Assembly (NCBI GenBank): GCA_032250835.1
Contig: JAVVEA010000003.1
Location: forward strand, 185,458 to 249,457
Length of the DNA stretch: 64,000 nt
Direction: 5' to 3'
DNA from: a bacterium
Lineage (GTDB): Bacteria > SAR324 > XYD2-FULL-50-16
A program made the position numbers and the translations under genes. The notes under the pieces are model-generated. The model was not told where the DNA came from, did no database searches, and saw only the letters and a list, made by a program, of their open reading frames with translations. Position 1 is the first letter of the stretch. Each line of letters starts with the position of its first letter. Below are positions 35,648-45,770 of this stretch, in pieces.

Positions 35648-37584
35648 GCCGGTTCGCCGCAGTCTACCGAGCAGGTCCCCACGCGCCGGTACTGCATCCC
35701 CCAAGCGATCACCAGGGCCAACAGGCCCAATAGGGTGGCGTTGCCTAAGCCCCAAAACTTAAAAATCGTCGGGTGCATCAAGGTGAGCGCTCCTAAGAGC
35801 AGCATGGGCCGTTCGGGCCAGCGGTTGTCGGTGATCAGGTAGTTTTGTAAGAGCGAGGTGAAGGCCAGGGCCCCCAAAAGCGAACGCCCCAAGATCCATA
35901 GACCCTGGGTCCAAGAGGTGATCCCGTGCAGGATCAATTCGGGGTTGAGCACAAACATAAAGGGGATGATCACCGTACGCAGGTCGTAATAAAAGGCCTG
36001 CAACCCCGTGGCGATAGGGTCCGACTTGGCGATGGCCGCGGCCGCGTAAGAGGCCAGCCCCACCGGCGGGGTGTCGTCGGCCAAGATACCAAAATAAAAA
36101 CAAAACAGGTGGGCTGCCATCAGCGGAATGGCCCAGCCTTCTTGCTGGCCCAGGGTCACGATGATGGGGGCGGTCAGGCTGGCCATCACAATGTAAGTCG
36201 CCGTGGTGGGTAGGCCCATGCCCAAGAGCAGGCTAGCCACGGCGGTGATCGCTAAGAGGGGCAAGAGCTGGCCGCCCGAAAGTTGCTCGACCCAACTGGT
36301 CAACATGCCGCCCAACCCTAAGCCGACGGTCCCGATCAAGATGCCCGCAGCCGCCGTGGCCAAGGCCACGGGCACCATATTAACCGCCCCACGTACCATC
36401 CCTTCGCCCAATATCCGCCCCGTATCGGCTAGGCCAGACCAAAGGCTGCGCCGTTGCACTTTGGCCTGGAAAAGCATCATGCCCAGCAGCAGCCCCGCAA
36501 GTGTTAAGATAGCGTTGAAGGCCGCCAGTTTAGGGCTGTGCCGCAGCACCACCAACTCCCAAGCCAAGACGGCCAGGGGGATCAAGTGGTGCCAACCGGC
36601 TTTCAGCAAAGGCCACAAGACCGGTCGGTCGGCTTTGGCTAGGCCTTTCATACCCAGCTTACTGGCCTCTAGGTGGGTCACATAAAAGAGCGCACCATAA
36701 GACAACAGGGCGGGGATGAGGGCCGCCTTGACCACTTCTAAGTAGGGCAGATTGACATATTCGGCGATGATGAAGGCTGCAGCACCCATCACCGGGGGCA
36801 TCAACTGCCCGTCCGTGCTAGCGGCGACTTCAATGGCCGCCGCCTTTTTGGCCGGGAAACCGCTGCGCTTCATTAAGGGGATGGTGAAGGTGCCGGTGGT
36901 GACGATGTTACTGATCGAAGAGCCCGAAACCAGACCGGTCAGGCCGCTAGAGACCACCGCCGCTTTGGCCGGGCCCCCCTTAAATCGCCCCAGCAGGGCC
37001 AAGGCTGTTTGGGTGAAGAACTCACCGGCGCCGCAGCGTTCTAAAATCCCGCCCAGCAATACAAAAAGAAAGACCGTCGAGGCACTCACGTCCAAGGGGA
37101 TGCCGTATATCCCTTCGGTCGATAGAGCCACTTGGTTTAGGTACCGGGGCAGGCTGGCCCCCGGAAAGGAAAGTGGGCCGGGCAGATAGGGGCCCAAGAA
37201 GACGTAGACCGAAAAAAAACCGGCAATCAGCGGGAGTGCGGGGCCGATGGCGCGGCGGGTCGCTTCTAACAGCACCAAGACCAACAACCCACCGATCCAA
37301 AGATCGCGGCTTAAGGGCAGGCCCGCTCGGGCGCTGAGCCCTTCCCAATCGAGTACTAAATACAGAGCCAAAAGTGCCGCCACTGTGGCGACCACCCAGG
37401 ACCAGCGGGGGTCTGGCCGGTTGGCGCGGCGGCCATAGGGCAGGCTGACAAAAGCTAGGGCCAGGGCAAAGGCCAAATGAACCGACCGGGTCAGCGTGGG
37501 GTCTAAGATCACCCACCGGGCCACGGCCAGCTGGAAGGCCGCCCAGCCCAAGGCCAGCGGCCAAGCTAGCAGCGGTAAACCCAT
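35644..37584 (-). CDS. TRAP transporter fused 4TM/12TM permease
   Basis: GGPAKAAV, GSSISNIVTTGTFTIP, EVAASTDGQLMPPVMGAAAF, LGMGLPTTATY, DDTPPV. Confidence 0.95.
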   Translation of the reverse strand: MGLPLLAWPLALGWAAFQLAVARWVILDPTLTRSVHLAFALALAFVSLPYGRRANRPDPRWSWVVATVAALLALYLVLDWEGLSARAGLPLSRDLWIGGLLVLVLLEATRRAIGPALPLIAGFFSVYVFLGPYLPGPLSFPGASLPRYLNQVALSTEGIYGIPLDVSASTVFLFVLLGGILERCGAGEFFTQTALALLGRFKGGPAKAAVVSSGLTGLVSGSSISNIVTTGTFTIPLMKRSGFPAKKAAAIEVAASTDGQLMPPVMGAAAFIIAEYVNLPYLEVVKAALIPALLSYGALFYVTHLEASKLGMKGLAKADRPVLWPLLKAGWHHLIPLAVLAWELVVLRHSPKLAAFNAILTLAGLLLGMMLFQAKVQRRSLWSGLADTGRILGEGMVRGAVNMVPVALATAAAGILIGTVGLGLGGMLTSWVEQLSGGQLLPLLAITAVASLLLGMGLPTTATYIVMASLTAPIIVTLGQQEGWAIPLMAAHLFCFYFGILADDTPPVGLASYAAAAIAKSDPIATGLQAFYYDLRTVIIPFMFVLNPELILHGITSWTQGLWILGRSLLGALAFTSLLQNYLITDNRWPERPMLLLGALTLMHPTIFKFWGLGNATLLGLLALVIAWGMQYRRVGTCSVDCGEPA

Positions 37585-38567
37585 TAGCGTTGCAGCCGCT
37601 CGGGGACCTTAAAGCCCTTTTCGCGGTAATACTTCAAAGCCCCTGGATGCAGCGGTGCGCTCAATCCTTCCAGCAGGCTTTCGGGCTTAAGCCCTTCAAA
37701 AGCCGGGTGCATGGCCTTGATCTCTTCAAAATGCTCCACCAACAGTTGGGTGATCTGGTAGGCCAGTTGTGCGTCCAGCTTGGCTGAGGTGACTAAGGTG
37801 GCTTTGACGCCCACGGTATCGACCACTTCGGGCATAGCCGCCGCCGGGTAGTATTTGCGGAAGATTTGGGCCGGGGCGTAATAGGGCTTGGCGGAGATCA
37901 AGGCTTGGATCGGCGGGCCAGTGATCGCCAAGATGCCCACTTTCACGCGTCCGCTGGTCGCTTCTTTGAGGTTTCCGTTGGGGTGGCCGACGGTATAAAA
38001 AAAGGCGTCGATCCGCTCGTCTTGGAGTAGGCCGGGAGCCTCAACGGCCTTAACTTGTTTGGCGTCCAAATCCGCCTCGCTGATCCCGAAGGCGGCCAGC
38101 ACATCGCGGGCATTGCCCAACTGGCCCGAGCCGGGATTGCCCAAGTTAACCCGTTGGCCCTTGAGGTCGCTGAGTTGCTGGATACCCGAATCTACCGAGG
38201 CAACCAGCGTCACCGCTTCGGGGTGCAGCGCGGCGATGCTGCGCAGGTCCAATTGGGGGCCGATGGCCTCCCATTCAGCTTGGCCGTAATAGGCTTGGTA
38301 CTGCCGGTCCGATTGGGCGATGCCTAGTTGTAGGTCCCCTGAAAGCACGGCGTTGATGTTAAACACCGACCCGCCGGTGGATTGGGCGGCGGCCTTGACC
38401 TTATGCCCTTCGGACCCTTCGTTGAGTAGCCGGGCGAGACCCTGGCCCACTGGGTAATAGACGCCGCTCAAACCGCCGGTACCGATGTTGACGAAGCGGG
38501 TGCCCATTTCCTGGTCGCAGCTGGCCCAGAGCGGGAGCAGTAAAAAAAGTATCAAGATGCGTTTCAT
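37584..38567 (-). CDS. TAXI-family TRAP solute-binding lipoprotein
   Basis: IGTGG.SGVYYPVG, STGGSVFN, AQSD, GNPGSG, PLHPGA.KYY. Confidence 0.95.
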   Translation of the reverse strand: MKRILILFLLLPLWASCDQEMGTRFVNIGTGGLSGVYYPVGQGLARLLNEGSEGHKVKAAAQSTGGSVFNINAVLSGDLQLGIAQSDRQYQAYYGQAEWEAIGPQLDLRSIAALHPEAVTLVASVDSGIQQLSDLKGQRVNLGNPGSGQLGNARDVLAAFGISEADLDAKQVKAVEAPGLLQDERIDAFFYTVGHPNGNLKEATSGRVKVGILAITGPPIQALISAKPYYAPAQIFRKYYPAAAMPEVVDTVGVKATLVTSAKLDAQLAYQITQLLVEHFEEIKAMHPAFEGLKPESLLEGLSAPLHPGALKYYREKGFKVPERLQR

Positions 38568-38753
38568 ATTGGTCTCCTGTTGCTCGAATCCTAACCGCTT
38601 TGCCGGTGCAATTCAAGCCCGCCCGGTTGGGGGGCCGAGTTATGGGTTGTTTTGGGCCTAATTTCATCTTTTTTTGCTTGGTTTGAGCCGGTAAATCCGC
38701 TAACTTCGGGCCATAAGAGTTACTACTGTCTTAACGTTGCCGGGAAAATACCG

Positions 38754-39782
38754 ATGCTCAAGAAACTATTGGTTCTGATCGCCCTGATGGGGGTTGTGGC
38801 AACCCCTGAACTCTTTGCTGAAGACTCCTGGGACATGGATTCTTACGGCCGAGTGCGGAGTACTGTTCAGTATAAAGATCAGGATGATGGTGCCAGTCAT
38901 TATGCTTGGTACGACATGACCACCGACGCCTTTATCGGGATCAAGGCGACTAAAGACGTCGGCGAAGGCTGGAAATCGAGCGCTACGATTGAAGCGGAAC
39001 TGCTCAGTGCCGACACAGTGGTACTGCCCCAGTACATGTATGTTACCTTGGAAAACAGCTACGCCAATCTATCGGTAGGCCGCCAAGAATCGAGCGGGAC
39101 CAAGCTGGGCGGCAAATATATGGAAAACATCGACGAATCTTTGTCGATTGCTGAAACCATCGGCACCGGAGACTTCTTTAAGCTAGGCTTAAACCAAGCG
39201 GGTTTGACCTTTGTGACCGGGCGACACGCCAAATCCGACGATTCCGGCAACACAGTGGGCCCGCGCTATGACGAATCGGTCTTGGGGCTTTATTATGACC
39301 ACAACATTGCCGAAACCTACCCAATCGCTTTCAGCATCGCGAACATCGACGAGGCCCCTTCTAAAAACCAATCGGCGGCAATCATCGCACAAGGCCATGG
39401 TGACGAACGCTACACCGCTTATTCCTTCAGCTTCGGGGTGCCGGTTTCGAATGTAGAGTTTTCCTTTAATTACGACCACTTCCACCAAACCCACCTAGAT
39501 AGCTCAAGCACGCCGGATGTCTTAAAAAACACCATCGTGATGGGCTTTGATCTGGATCTACCCTACGAGTTGGGTTATTCCTTCCTTTATTCGAGCCAAA
39601 GCATCGACGACGGCAGCCCGGCGTTGACTGATTATACGGGCTACGACATGACACTGCTTTGGCCCTTTAAGGGGATGAACTTTTTCGGCTCCTACTCTAC
39701 CCAGATCACCAAAGACGCCGACGAAGCAGATACTCGATATATCTTGTACGGTGCGGGCTTGGCCTATCATTTCGGCAAGTAG
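38754..39782 (+). CDS. Putative outer-membrane porin/beta-barrel
   Basis: Signal peptide from MLKK, YGRVR, alternating beta-strands, SVGRQ, terminal GLAYHF. Confidence 0.7.
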   Translation: MLKKLLVLIALMGVVATPELFAEDSWDMDSYGRVRSTVQYKDQDDGASHYAWYDMTTDAFIGIKATKDVGEGWKSSATIEAELLSADTVVLPQYMYVTLENSYANLSVGRQESSGTKLGGKYMENIDESLSIAETIGTGDFFKLGLNQAGLTFVTGRHAKSDDSGNTVGPRYDESVLGLYYDHNIAETYPIAFSIANIDEAPSKNQSAAIIAQGHGDERYTAYSFSFGVPVSNVEFSFNYDHFHQTHLDSSSTPDVLKNTIVMGFDLDLPYELGYSFLYSSQSIDDGSPALTDYTGYDMTLLWPFKGMNFFGSYSTQITKDADEADTRYILYGAGLAYHFGK

Positions 39783-40070
39783 TTACAAGCGGTAGTCCAC
39801 GGCCCGCGATTCACTGGCCCGCTGCTTGATGTATTGCACCACCTCTTGATGGGCCGGATGGATGGCGTAGGCTTCCAGGCCGGTCTCGTCTTCGACTAGG
39901 GCAGTTAAGACCAAGTCCGCTGAACGTTCGCTACGGACAAAGTCGAGCCCGACTTCTATTTTAATCAGTTCAGGAACCAGATCTACCAAGGCTTCTAAGC
40001 GGCGCTTTATTTCTTCAAGGTCCTTTTGGGCCTCGGGGCGGAAGCGGAACATAACGATATGTTTGATCAT
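39783..40070 (-). CDS. Dabb (stress-responsive A/B barrel) protein
   Basis: MIKHIVMFRF, LEAYAIHPAHQ, VDY; AGGAG RBS. Confidence 0.9.
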   Translation of the reverse strand: MIKHIVMFRFRPEAQKDLEEIKRRLEALVDLVPELIKIEVGLDFVRSERSADLVLTALVEDETGLEAYAIHPAHQEVVQYIKQRASESRAVDYRL

Positions 40071-40167
40071 TTTTCTCCTGGCTGTAAGCTGAATCCTAGA
40101 TGTTATGGGCACCCCTCTTTAGGGTGGGGGTGAAGCCAGACTAAATCAACCTCTCTTAGGGAGCAAC

Positions 40168-41031
40168 ATGAACCTTCCCGGCTTGGTGGACTTTCACTGC
40201 CACTCCACCGCCAGCGACGGAAGCTTAGCACCGGCCCAATTGGTCGAGGCCGCCGCCGCCCAGGGAATCGGTCTGATGGCCCTCACCGACCACGACACCG
40301 TTGCCGGGCTGGCCCCGGCCCGCGCTAAGGCCCAGGAACTAGGCATCGGTTGGATCGATGGGATTGAGCTGAGCGCCAAGTTTGCGGGCGGGCATCTGCA
40401 TATCTTAGGTTACGGCTTTGATCCGACCCATCCGGGCCTGCTAGCGGGCCTAAGCGCCTTCCGTCAGGCCCGCAAAAACCGCCTCACCAAAATCTTAGAT
40501 AAATTGTCCCACTGCGGGCTGCCGCTTGAAGAGGCGGACCTGGACCTTTCCGAGGGCACCAGTCCAGGCCGCCCGCATATTGCAGCGGCGATGGTCGCTA
40601 AAGAATATGTGAAGGACCAGAATCAAGCCTTTGACGAATATTTGGGCCACCAGGGTAAAGCCTATGCGGACAAAGAAATTTTTGGGCCCCAAGAAACCAT
40701 TGCCTTGATCAAAAATGCCGGGGGCTTGGCGGTGGTTGCGCATCCCATCTCTTTGTATCTAAAGCGCAGCGAATTAGCGGACTACTTAGAATACCTTAAA
40801 GGCCTGGGGCTGGACGGAATTGAAGCTTACAATTCTTCGCACCAGAACGACCAATGCAACCGGCTGGTCAAGATCGCGGCTCAGTTGGACTTATTGGTAA
40901 CCGGCGGATCGGACTTCCACGGCACAGCCAAACCGTTGGTACAGTTGGGACGATTAAAAAAAGGCCGGAAGATCCTCTCGAAGTGGATTTCCCCGCAGTT
41001 CTTTGATACTTTGGGGATCGAAACCACATAA
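40168..41031 (+). CDS. PHP-domain phosphoesterase (YciV/TrpH-like)
   Basis: DFHCHSTASDG, ALTDHD, GIELS, HILGY, GRPHIA, AHP, TGGSDFHG. Confidence 0.92.
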   Translation: MNLPGLVDFHCHSTASDGSLAPAQLVEAAAAQGIGLMALTDHDTVAGLAPARAKAQELGIGWIDGIELSAKFAGGHLHILGYGFDPTHPGLLAGLSAFRQARKNRLTKILDKLSHCGLPLEEADLDLSEGTSPGRPHIAAAMVAKEYVKDQNQAFDEYLGHQGKAYADKEIFGPQETIALIKNAGGLAVVAHPISLYLKRSELADYLEYLKGLGLDGIEAYNSSHQNDQCNRLVKIAAQLDLLVTGGSDFHGTAKPLVQLGRLKKGRKILSKWISPQFFDTLGIETT

Positions 41032-41039
41032 GGGGGATC

Positions 41040-42620
41040 ATGACAGACTCGGCGGGTTCGCCCCGAGGCTTTTTGCTGGTTGCGGTGACCGACGTACATG
41101 GGCGGTATATCTCCTTGTCTACTTTAGACATGAAGCCCCATGAGCGCGGTCTGGACCGTGTGCACAGCTATTTAAAAAAGAAACGTGCCGAAGGCTGGGA
41201 TACCTTGGTCATCGATAATGGTGACAGCATCCAAGGCACCCCGCTGGTGGACCTGTTCCCCTACGGCACTGGCGGAGACCACCCGCTCAACCTGACCCAC
41301 CGGACTTTGGGCTTCGACGCCTTTATTTTAGGCAACCACGAATTTAACTTTGGTTTTGATAGTTTGCAAGAGATCGCCTCAAAGGCTCCGGTGCCCTGGC
41401 TTTCGGCCAACATGACCTATGCCGAGGATGGCTCTACGGCCTATAAGCCTTATCAGATCTTTGAAAAGGGCGGCTTGAAGGTGGGCTTGATTGGGCTGAT
41501 CACCGCCTATGTGCCCCGCTGGGAGCATAACTCGATGATCCCCGGCCTGGCCTTTGCCGAAGCCGCCGAGACAGCGGCCAAATATGCCCAGGAGCTGCGC
41601 CCCCAGGTGGATGTGCTGATCGCCAGCTACCACGGCGGCTACCACAAAGACCCCGAGACGGGCGAGCTTTGGTGCCATGATCCTTTGGAAAACGAGGGTG
41701 AGGCGATATTACAGGCTGCCCCGGAGCTGGATCTATTGATCACCGGGCACCAGCACCGAAGCACCGTGTTCCAACAGGAAAACGGGACTTGGAGCGCCCA
41801 GCCGGGCTGTTATGCCAACCAGTTCTTGAGCGTCGCCATCACCCCGCAACCTAGCGGAAACCGTTCGGTGACCCTGCGTCCTGAGTTGATCGAAACTCGG
41901 GGATTCGAGCCCCAACCGGAGTTGACGAAGGCGCTAGACCCTCAGATTGCAAGGGTTCGGCGAAAATTGGACGGATATTTGGGCAGTGCGGACCCGAGCT
42001 TTAGCATCACCGACCCGATGCGCGAGGTCTGGCTGAAGAAACACCCCATGATCCAATGGGTCAATAACTTGATCGCCGAGCACACCGGCGCGCCCATCGT
42101 TTGCACCTCCCTGCTCGACAGCGCTTTACCGGGCTTGCCCGAAGAGGTGCATCTGCGCGACATCATCCAAAACTACTTCTTCCAAGACAACCTCTGCTTG
42201 ATCCACGTGACCGGCGAGGTTTTGATGGAGGCTTTAGAGCAGGTGGCTAGTTTCTTTATCCTGCAAACCGGCAAGAGCGGCGAACCCAAGGTGACCATCA
42301 ACGCTGAATGGCGTGCCTTTCGGGTGCGCAGTTACAACTACGACATCTTTGACGGGATCGATTATGGCTTCGACCTAAAGCGCCCGATTGGTGAGCGGCT
42401 TGCTTACCTGCGCTTTAAGGGCGACGACGTCAAACCCCGCGACCGCTTGTTGGTCGGCCTGACTACCTACCGGGCCCAGGGGGCTTTTTATAAGATGTTT
42501 AATCCCGAGCAGATTGTCGAAGAGTTCCCCGAGAAGATCACCGACTTGATGGTGGCTGACTTAAAGCAGCGGGGCCACCTTTCGGTGGAGCCGGTGCAAA
42601 ACTTTAACGTCTCTTACTGA
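41040..42620 (+). CDS. Metallophosphoesterase/5'-nucleotidase (CpdB-like), no signal peptide
   Basis: TDVHG, DNGDSIQG, GNHEFNFG, HGG, GHQH; C-terminal nucleotidase domain with YNYD..DGIDY.FDL. Confidence 0.88.
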   Translation: MTDSAGSPRGFLLVAVTDVHGRYISLSTLDMKPHERGLDRVHSYLKKKRAEGWDTLVIDNGDSIQGTPLVDLFPYGTGGDHPLNLTHRTLGFDAFILGNHEFNFGFDSLQEIASKAPVPWLSANMTYAEDGSTAYKPYQIFEKGGLKVGLIGLITAYVPRWEHNSMIPGLAFAEAAETAAKYAQELRPQVDVLIASYHGGYHKDPETGELWCHDPLENEGEAILQAAPELDLLITGHQHRSTVFQQENGTWSAQPGCYANQFLSVAITPQPSGNRSVTLRPELIETRGFEPQPELTKALDPQIARVRRKLDGYLGSADPSFSITDPMREVWLKKHPMIQWVNNLIAEHTGAPIVCTSLLDSALPGLPEEVHLRDIIQNYFFQDNLCLIHVTGEVLMEALEQVASFFILQTGKSGEPKVTINAEWRAFRVRSYNYDIFDGIDYGFDLKRPIGERLAYLRFKGDDVKPRDRLLVGLTTYRAQGAFYKMFNPEQIVEEFPEKITDLMVADLKQRGHLSVEPVQNFNVSY

Positions 42621-42844
42621 TGAGTTTGATCCACCGGGTATCGAATGAGCGCCAAAGCTTGGCTGAGCGTTTGGGCCCTGATTTGGGGGTGCGGGGCTAT
42701 AGCTTGATCTTGATTGACGGCCGCGAGTTGCGCGGCGTGATCGAGTCCGTCGGCACGGACCATTTGGTGTTGTTGCAGGCCCAGGAGCGCGAACGCTTGA
42801 TTCCGTTAAGCTCCATTTTGTTTTTGGAAGCCAAGGACGAGTGA
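42620..42844 (+). CDS. Small protein with predicted Sm/Hfq-like fold
   Basis: TGATG coupling; LILIDGRELRGVIESVGTDHLVL...RLIPLSSILFL resembles Sm1/Sm2 motifs. Confidence 0.55.
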   Translation: MSLIHRVSNERQSLAERLGPDLGVRGYSLILIDGRELRGVIESVGTDHLVLLQAQERERLIPLSSILFLEAKDE

Positions 42845-42865
42845 GGAGCGGGGCTAGAAAAAGCC

Positions 42866-42994
42866 CCCGCGTAGCGAAAAGAAAAGCCCGCGCGCAGCGA
42901 AATAACCGGGGTGCAGGGGTTTTCACCCCTGCACCCCACTTGTTTGCGCTCCGCGCTTCTTCGCTGCGCGGGGCTTTTTTCTTTCGCTTCGCGG
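42866..42994. repeat. Nested palindrome (REP/MITE-like; probable bidirectional terminator)
   Basis: Inner GGGGTGCAGGGGT-TTTC-ACCCCTGCACCCC (42908-42937), enclosed by ~35-bp imperfect arms at 42866-42900 and 42960-42994. Confidence 0.7.
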
Positions 42995-42995
42995 T

Positions 42996-44912
42996 CTATT
43001 TTTTCTTCAGGCCCTTCGCCAAAAACTCCTCAAACTCCTCCCCGCTACGCGCAGTCCCCACAAACCTTGCCCGTTCAGTCCCGTCGGGCGACAAAATAAG
43101 GTAGAGCGGCAAGGCCACTGTTTTAAAACGCTCAATCTGTAAATCCAGGTTGGCCGGGCCCCGCTCGCCGCCGTCGGTATAAAGCCGGGCCAAGGTGAAA
43201 TGGCCCTTGAGCAGGCGGTGTACCGGCTCTTGGGCCAAAATATTCTGCTCCATCCAACGACAGTTCACACAGGTATAGCCGGTGAACTCCAAAAAGAGCG
43301 GGCGGCCCGAAGCCTGGGCCTGACCCATAGCCGCCTCAAAACGGTCATTCCAAATCAAGCTGGCCGCTTCCTCTTCGCTAACATATTCGGCCCCGACCAG
43401 AGAATGGCCATCAGGGGGCGGCAAGACCGAGTCCAATAAACTGCCCAAACTCCCGCCGCCCAGCCCTTGGGAGGTGTAAAACAAGATCCCGCCAAAAACC
43501 AAAATCCAAGTGAGCTGCCCCGGCGATTTGAGGCGGCCTGAGCTCAAGCCGGTTTTGATCAAATAAGCCAAGATCGCCACCAGTAACAACATCCAAGCCA
43601 AAATCACCCGGTCGCGGCTGAGTAGACCGGTCCCAAAAACCAAGTCGGCATTGGAAAAGAACTTCAGGCTCGCCGCTAACTCGATCAGGCCTAAGACCGT
43701 CTTCGCCCGGCCCAACCAAGCCCCGCTGGCCCCCTGCATCTTGCCCACCAGAGCGGGGGCCAAGGCCAACAAAAAGAAGGGGAAGGCGAAGACACTGGCG
43801 AAAACCAACATGCCCAACAGCGGCCAAAGCCATTCGCCCTGTGCCGCCGCGATCATCAAGGTACCCACAAACTGGACGGTGCAGGTAAAGGCGGTCAGGG
43901 TGAAGGTAAAGCCCATCAACACCACGCCCAAAGCCCCGCCGGTCTTGCGGGCCTTTTGGTCGAAGAACCCCTGGATACCCGCCGGAAGGCTGATCTCAAA
44001 AGCGCCCATCAAAGAGGCCGCAAAGACCACAAATAGGACAGCAATGGCCAAGTTCACCCAAGGATTCGAGGCGAGCTGCACCGCCGCGCCCGCCCCAAAG
44101 ACCCAAGAAAGGATCAGGCCCGTACCCGTATAGGTGCCCACAATCCCCAAACCAAATAGGCTGGCTAACTTCAAAAGGCCTGCCGGATTGCCCTCGGCTT
44201 GCTTAGAAAAATAGCTGATGGTGATCGGCACCATCGGGAAGACGCAAGGGGTGATCAAACTAGCCAAACCCATCAACGCCGCCAAGCCGATAAAGGCCCA
44301 AAAACCCTCAGCGCCCAGCGGACTGCCTTGAGGTGCGGCCAAGTCAGGCAAAGCGTCCACCGAGCGGTCGGGGGTCAAGTATTCATCGCGCGGCGCGGCG
44401 TCCACCGCCCGGTAAGGGACGCTTAAGGCGATCTCTTTGGGTGGCAAACAAACCCGGAAGCTACAGGTCTGGAATTTGATCTTCAGGTCCAACTGGCGGG
44501 GGCCTACTTCGAAGTCTGTGCCGGTCCGGAAGTTCTGGTAAAAAAAGGCCTGACCTTCGTGGCTCGATAGGGTCATCTGGATGACCTTGTCGAACTCTGT
44601 CTTGGGCCGGGTCTCATAGACCGGGCCGTCGGGAACCAAGCCCGGTGCGGTGATCTTTACGCTGGTCGGCGGCGGGGCGTCTTCTTCGGGGGCCTCGAAG
44701 ACCGAATAGATATGCCAACCCTCTTCGGTATCCACTTGAACCACCAACCGGGCCGCTTCGCCGGGGCGCAAATCCTGAGGCACCAAATGGGCACTAAAGC
44801 GGATCTGCTCCTCGCCAGGCACCGGAAGGCCGTCGGACAAGTGGGCGCTGGTGGCCCAGAGATTTATAGGTAGGAGCAACAGGCCTAGGGCGGCCAAAAG
44901 AAGGGGTTTCAA
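42996..44912 (-). CDS. dsbD: Thiol:disulfide interchange protein DsbD
   Basis: N-terminal GWHIYS and QTCSFRVCLPP; TM TPCVFPMVP and FTCT; thioredoxin FTGYTCVNCR. Confidence 0.9.
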   Translation of the reverse strand: MKPLLLAALGLLLLPINLWATSAHLSDGLPVPGEEQIRFSAHLVPQDLRPGEAARLVVQVDTEEGWHIYSVFEAPEEDAPPPTSVKITAPGLVPDGPVYETRPKTEFDKVIQMTLSSHEGQAFFYQNFRTGTDFEVGPRQLDLKIKFQTCSFRVCLPPKEIALSVPYRAVDAAPRDEYLTPDRSVDALPDLAAPQGSPLGAEGFWAFIGLAALMGLASLITPCVFPMVPITISYFSKQAEGNPAGLLKLASLFGLGIVGTYTGTGLILSWVFGAGAAVQLASNPWVNLAIAVLFVVFAASLMGAFEISLPAGIQGFFDQKARKTGGALGVVLMGFTFTLTAFTCTVQFVGTLMIAAAQGEWLWPLLGMLVFASVFAFPFFLLALAPALVGKMQGASGAWLGRAKTVLGLIELAASLKFFSNADLVFGTGLLSRDRVILAWMLLLVAILAYLIKTGLSSGRLKSPGQLTWILVFGGILFYTSQGLGGGSLGSLLDSVLPPPDGHSLVGAEYVSEEEAASLIWNDRFEAAMGQAQASGRPLFLEFTGYTCVNCRWMEQNILAQEPVHRLLKGHFTLARLYTDGGERGPANLDLQIERFKTVALPLYLILSPDGTERARFVGTARSGEEFEEFLAKGLKKK

Positions 44913-45100
44913 TTGAGGTACTCCGGCGGTTCGTCGCCCAGGTCAAGCGCCTCAGGCGCAGGGGGACCTTCTAGAGAATAAGAGCCGTCCGCCCATTTGC
45001 CCAGGTCGATCAACTTGCAGCGCTCGCTGCAAAAGGGACGGTTCGCGTTCTTTTCCCAATGGGTCTTTTTTTTACAAATCGGACACTTCAATTCACGCAT
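44909..45100 (-). CDS. yacG: DNA gyrase inhibitor YacG
   Basis: CPICKK...RPFCSERCKLIDLGKWA; start at ATG 45100. Confidence 0.92.
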   Translation of the reverse strand: MRELKCPICKKKTHWEKNANRPFCSERCKLIDLGKWADGSYSLEGPPAPEALDLGDEPPEYLN

Positions 45101-45104
45101 GATT

Positions 45105-45770
45105 CTAAAGGATAGGAGCAAGGCCCTTAAAGGCGAAAAACCCGGCAAAGCCGATCAAAAAAAGGCCCAAAGTACCCACCATAGCGCGGTAGGCTTCAAG
45201 CGATAAAAAACGTTGGCCTTTAAACATCGAGTAGCTAACGAGGCTGTACCATAACAAATCGGCCAGGAGGTGCCCCGTAAAGAAAGCCACCAGACCGCGC
45301 CAGCCCGCTTCGCTGGCCTGTAAGATATACCCTAAACCGATGGTCGCCCACCAAATACTCCAGTAGGGATTGGCCAAGCTCAAGAGCGCACCGCTGACCG
45401 GTAGCCCCCAAGGGGAGCTAACGGCCGGGCCGCAGGATAGGTCCAGTTCCAAACGGCCCAGGCCGAACAACATCGCGCCGCCCATCCAAAGCAGGATCAC
45501 CGACCCGGCCAAGGCAATACTGCTAAAGGCGGCAGGGGTGGTGAGTAAGGGGGCGAGCCCGTTGAAGAGAGCCAAGATCAACAGGGCTTCTAAAATCCCG
45601 TGACCCAAAATCAACCGAGGGCCTGTCCAAGCACCGTGCCGCCCACTCTGAGCCAAGGTGGCCGAGAGCAGCGGGCCGGGCATCAAGGCCCCCGAAAGGG
45701 CGATCAAAAAACTACTAAAAAACAAGCCCAGCAACAACAAAATCAGTCCAGTTTGACCGAATAGGTCCAC
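45105..45770 (-). CDS. LysE-family transporter
   Basis: GALMPGP, GH..LE, NPYW..WW, GH...D..WY. Confidence 0.88.
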   Translation of the reverse strand: MDLFGQTGLILLLLGLFFSSFLIALSGALMPGPLLSATLAQSGRHGAWTGPRLILGHGILEALLILALFNGLAPLLTTPAAFSSIALAGSVILLWMGGAMLFGLGRLELDLSCGPAVSSPWGLPVSGALLSLANPYWSIWWATIGLGYILQASEAGWRGLVAFFTGHLLADLLWYSLVSYSMFKGQRFLSLEAYRAMVGTLGLFLIGFAGFFAFKGLAPIL

